Shown here in pieces: positions 14,546 to 17,008 of a DNA stretch of 17,008 nucleotides (the first letter of the stretch is position 1; every line of letters begins with the position of its first letter). Source of the DNA: Myxococcota bacterium (GTDB taxonomy: Bacteria > Myxococcota_A > UBA9160 > UBA6930); the NCBI GenBank assembly GCA_965223705.1, contig CBDCXK010000001.1, forward strand, positions 1 through 17,008, written 5' to 3'. Below the pieces are notes generated by a model. It was not told the DNA's origin, did no database searches, and worked only from the letters and a program-made list of their open reading frames with translations. Both the position numbers and the translations under genes were made by a program.

Positions 14546-15232
14546 ATGCGGTTCGATGTCGGAGGTATGTGTTCACGGGTCGAACGCGTCGCGTGGATCG
14601 CGGCGGGCGCCGCGGCCGTGGTTGCGATCGTTGTCTACGCCCTGCCTCGTCTCGTCGGTTTTGTCGAAAAATCCAGATTCGAAGCGGCCTCTCGCTCGTC
14701 GCAAACCGCTTGGGCGAAGCCCCTCGATGTCGCGTCAGACGACCGCGTAGACGCCAAGGCTTACGCGGCCGACACGACCGAATGGTCTTCGAGTCGCATC
14801 CGTCATTTTCGCCGTTCCCTCGTCCACAGCGACGCGGCGCCCAGAGGCGGAATTCTACGGAGTGCCGACGGGCGAATTGACGCACTCATCCTCGAAGGGA
14901 CCGGGGAGTGGTCCCTCAATCGAGGCGTGGGTCGGATCGAGGGAACGGCACCCCTTACCGCGGCGGTGGGCAACATCGGGATCGCCGGCCACCGGGATGG
15001 TTTTTTTCGAGCACTCCGCCACGTGCGCATGGGAGACCACTTTACGATCGAGACACCCGGGCGGACGCGGACCTTTGCCGTCGATCTCATCCGTGTTGTC
15101 GAACCGGAAGCCGTTCACGTCCTCGATCCCACGGCCACGCCTACGTTGACCCTCGTTACGTGTTACCCGTTTTACTGGGTCGGCAGCGCCCCACAGCGAT
15201 TCATCGTTCGGGCACGGGAGATCGATATCTAG
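14546..15232 (+). CDS. Class D-type sortase, about 228 aa
   Basis: N-terminal TM anchor and the catalytic His/Cys/Arg in GNIGIAGHRDGFF, LTLVTCYPF and APQRFIVRA. The start is ATG 14546 (alternative 14567); the track's GTG 14501 lies inside the promoter pair. Confidence 0.92.
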   Translation: MRFDVGGMCSRVERVAWIAAGAAAVVAIVVYALPRLVGFVEKSRFEAASRSSQTAWAKPLDVASDDRVDAKAYAADTTEWSSSRIRHFRRSLVHSDAAPRGGILRSADGRIDALILEGTGEWSLNRGVGRIEGTAPLTAAVGNIGIAGHRDGFFRALRHVRMGDHFTIETPGRTRTFAVDLIRVVEPEAVHVLDPTATPTLTLVTCYPFYWVGSAPQRFIVRAREIDI

Positions 15233-15612
15233 CGAGCTCGGGGGCGGCCTCGGAGTTGCTCCTCGATCGATCGCGTTTTGTCTGTCACGACACCTCCGGT
15301 GTGAAGGGTTGTCTTCCGCTCGATCAGCAGGATGTGACATTCGGATTCTGCGATCGGGTTGTGCGGGGTGCCTTTCGGGACCACGAAGAGGTCGCCTTCG
15401 TCGAGCTCTACCGTTTCGTGCTCGAGTTCGATCCTGAGGCACCCTTTGAGCACGTAGAAGAGCTCGTCTTCATCGTCGTGGCTGTGCCAGGCGAGGGTGC
15501 CTTCGACTTTGGCGACCTTGATGTAGGCGTCATCGACCTCGGCGAGAATTTGCGGGGACCAGAGGTCGGTGAGAGTCGCCGCAATCTTCCTAGGCGTATG
15601 GACTTTCGACAT
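15229..15612 (-). CDS. Cupin-domain protein, 127 aa
   Basis: DLWSPQI, WHSHDDEDELFYVLKG and GDLFVVPKGTPHNP. A GGGAG RBS precedes ATG 15612. Confidence 0.92.
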   Translation of the reverse strand: MSKVHTPRKIAATLTDLWSPQILAEVDDAYIKVAKVEGTLAWHSHDDEDELFYVLKGCLRIELEHETVELDEGDLFVVPKGTPHNPIAESECHILLIERKTTLHTGGVVTDKTRSIEEQLRGRPRAR

Positions 15613-15687
15613 CGAGTTTCTCCCGAAGCACGCCGCGCAGACCGTAGCCGCCCCCGCCAGTTCCGGCTCGGCTAGGATCACAGGGAA

Positions 15688-17008
15688 ATGCGCCAAGCCT
15701 TCTTTGCCGTTGTTTGGTTCTTGCTTTCGCTGCCGGCGCTGGGCGAGGACGCCCCTGCCGAGGACGGCCCCTCTCTCCCTCAGCCCATACCCGTTGCGGA
15801 AGTCGCCGAGCGTGCGGAGGAAACGGCGAGCCTACTGAGACGGTCGCGGGCCTTGGCAGAGCCCGACGTATCGATCGAAGCTGTCAAAGATCTTCTCGCG
15901 GGGGCTATTTCCGAGCTGGAGCGACGACGGGTGGAGACCCAAACGTTGCTGAAACATCGGCCGGCGCTCGCAAAGCTCAACTCTCTGGAACGCGATTGGA
16001 GGCGGCAGGCCAGCGAACTCGAAGCGTGGCGCACCACGCTCACTCGGAGGGTCGCGCGACTGGGACGGGAAGTCGAGAGGCTCCGGTCGCTCGACCAGGT
16101 CTGGTCCGCGAGCTTGACGTCCGCAAACGAAAGGGGCGCGCCCGACGAAGTCATCGCGGCGATCACGCGCTCCGAGGAGGAGATCAAGGACGTCCGCGAA
16201 GTCGTCTCGAGGCGTCGCGGCGAAGTCTTGGGTTTGCAGAACCGGGTTGCCCAGCAGGAACTTCTCGCTTCTGAGGTCTTGGAGTCAATCGATGAATCGC
16301 GAGCCACGATTCGCGATCGCCTATTTGAACCCGACAGTGCGCCGATCTGGTCGGCGCTTTCCGACAGCGACGCGAAACCGACCGCGAACATCGCGACCGC
16401 ACTCAAAACGAATTGGGTCGCGATCCGCGGGTTCGTCGGGGAGAGGCCTCGCCACGTCGGTTTGGTCGCCCTTTTCTTCGTGGTCGCGTGGCTCGCTGCG
16501 CGTAATCTCAAGCGGAGTGTTGCGGCGCGTCGGGCGGCTGGCGGGAAAATCGAGCGGTCCGCGGAAGCGCTCGAGCACCCGTTGGCGCTCGCACTCGTCG
16601 CGGCACTGCTATTGACGTATTGGATTTTCCCACTCGCTCCCAGTGCGTTCTTTGATGGTGTGGGTCTGCTTCTGCTACTGCCGCTCGTGGTGCTGCTTCC
16701 GCGTCTCACGCACACCGAATTCCGCCCGGTCTTGTACGCCGTCGCCGCGTTCTATGTCGTCGACCGCCTTCGCGCCGCGTTTCAGGGTGCCGCGCTCGAG
16801 AGCCGCGTGATTTTCGCGATCGAGTGTGTGGCGGCTTCGTGTTTGTGCATTCTACTGCTGCGACCCGCTCGTTTGGCGAAGGTGCCCGACGCCAATTCGG
16901 TCCCGCGTTGGCTCGGTACCGCCGTCCGCGTCGCTCTCGTCGTCTTCTCCGTCTCGTTTCTCGCGAACGTTTTGGGCTACTTCTCACTCAGCAAAGCTCG
17001 GAGAGGGC
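15688..17008 (+). CDS. Large multi-TM protein with signal peptide and coiled-coil periplasmic region, probably a large MscS/MscK-like channel (3' end off the window)
   Basis: Not in the ORF track; read by hand from ATG 15688 (MRQAFFAVVWFLLSLPALGEDAPAEDGPSLPQPIPVAEVAERAEE...). A long helical region is followed by several TM helices, and the frame is open to the window end. The MscS core itself is not visible. Confidence 0.7.
   Translation, partial: MRQAFFAVVWFLLSLPALGEDAPAEDGPSLPQPIPVAEVAERAEETASLLRRSRALAEPDVSIEAVKDLLAGAISELERRRVETQTLLKHRPALAKLNSLERDWRRQASELEAWRTTLTRRVARLGREVERLRSLDQVWSASLTSANERGAPDEVIAAITRSEEEIKDVREVVSRRRGEVLGLQNRVAQQELLASEVLESIDESRATIRDRLFEPDSAPIWSALSDSDAKPTANIATALKTNWVAIRGFVGERPRHVGLVALFFVVAWLAARNLKRSVAARRAAGGKIERSAEALEHPLALALVAALLLTYWIFPLAPSAFFDGVGLLLLLPLVVLLPRLTHTEFRPVLYAVAAFYVVDRLRAAFQGAALESRVIFAIECVAASCLCILLLRPARLAKVPDANSVPRWLGTAVRVALVVFSVSFLANVLGYFSLSKARRG

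Noticed and set aside
1..17008. CRISPR arrays, tRNA/rRNA genes, transposases, phage or defence genes
   Set aside because: None seen by manual reading. The encapsulin has a phage-related HK97 fold but is a cellular compartment with a typical cargo gene.

Overview
GC-rich bacterial window, probably from a diderm (Myxococcota/Deltaproteobacteria- or Acidobacteria-like; inferred from gene content only), with about 24 densely packed genes forming a general-stress island. It holds three MscS-type channels (one BON-fused), a DUF2254 gene interrupted by an in-frame TGA, DUF1328, a metallophosphoesterase, a YegS-type lipid kinase, Fe-SOD, cardiolipin synthase, Usp, dodecin, YqaE/Pmp3, a BON lipoprotein, a cupin, a Family 1 encapsulin with its ferritin-like cargo, and a class D sortase divergent from an LPDTA-tailed substrate. 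Regulatory genes are an NtrC-type sigma-54 activator, a soluble histidine kinase and two stand-alone receivers. The strongest signal not explained by the genes is non-coding: nine sigma-54 (-24/-12, GG-N10-GC) motifs. Six form three back-to-back divergent pairs only 8, 9 and 10 bp apart, and a recurring TGTA-N5-TACA palindrome is a candidate activator site. No rRNA, tRNA, CRISPR array or mobile element was seen. Family assignments come from motif recognition by eye; no database search was run.
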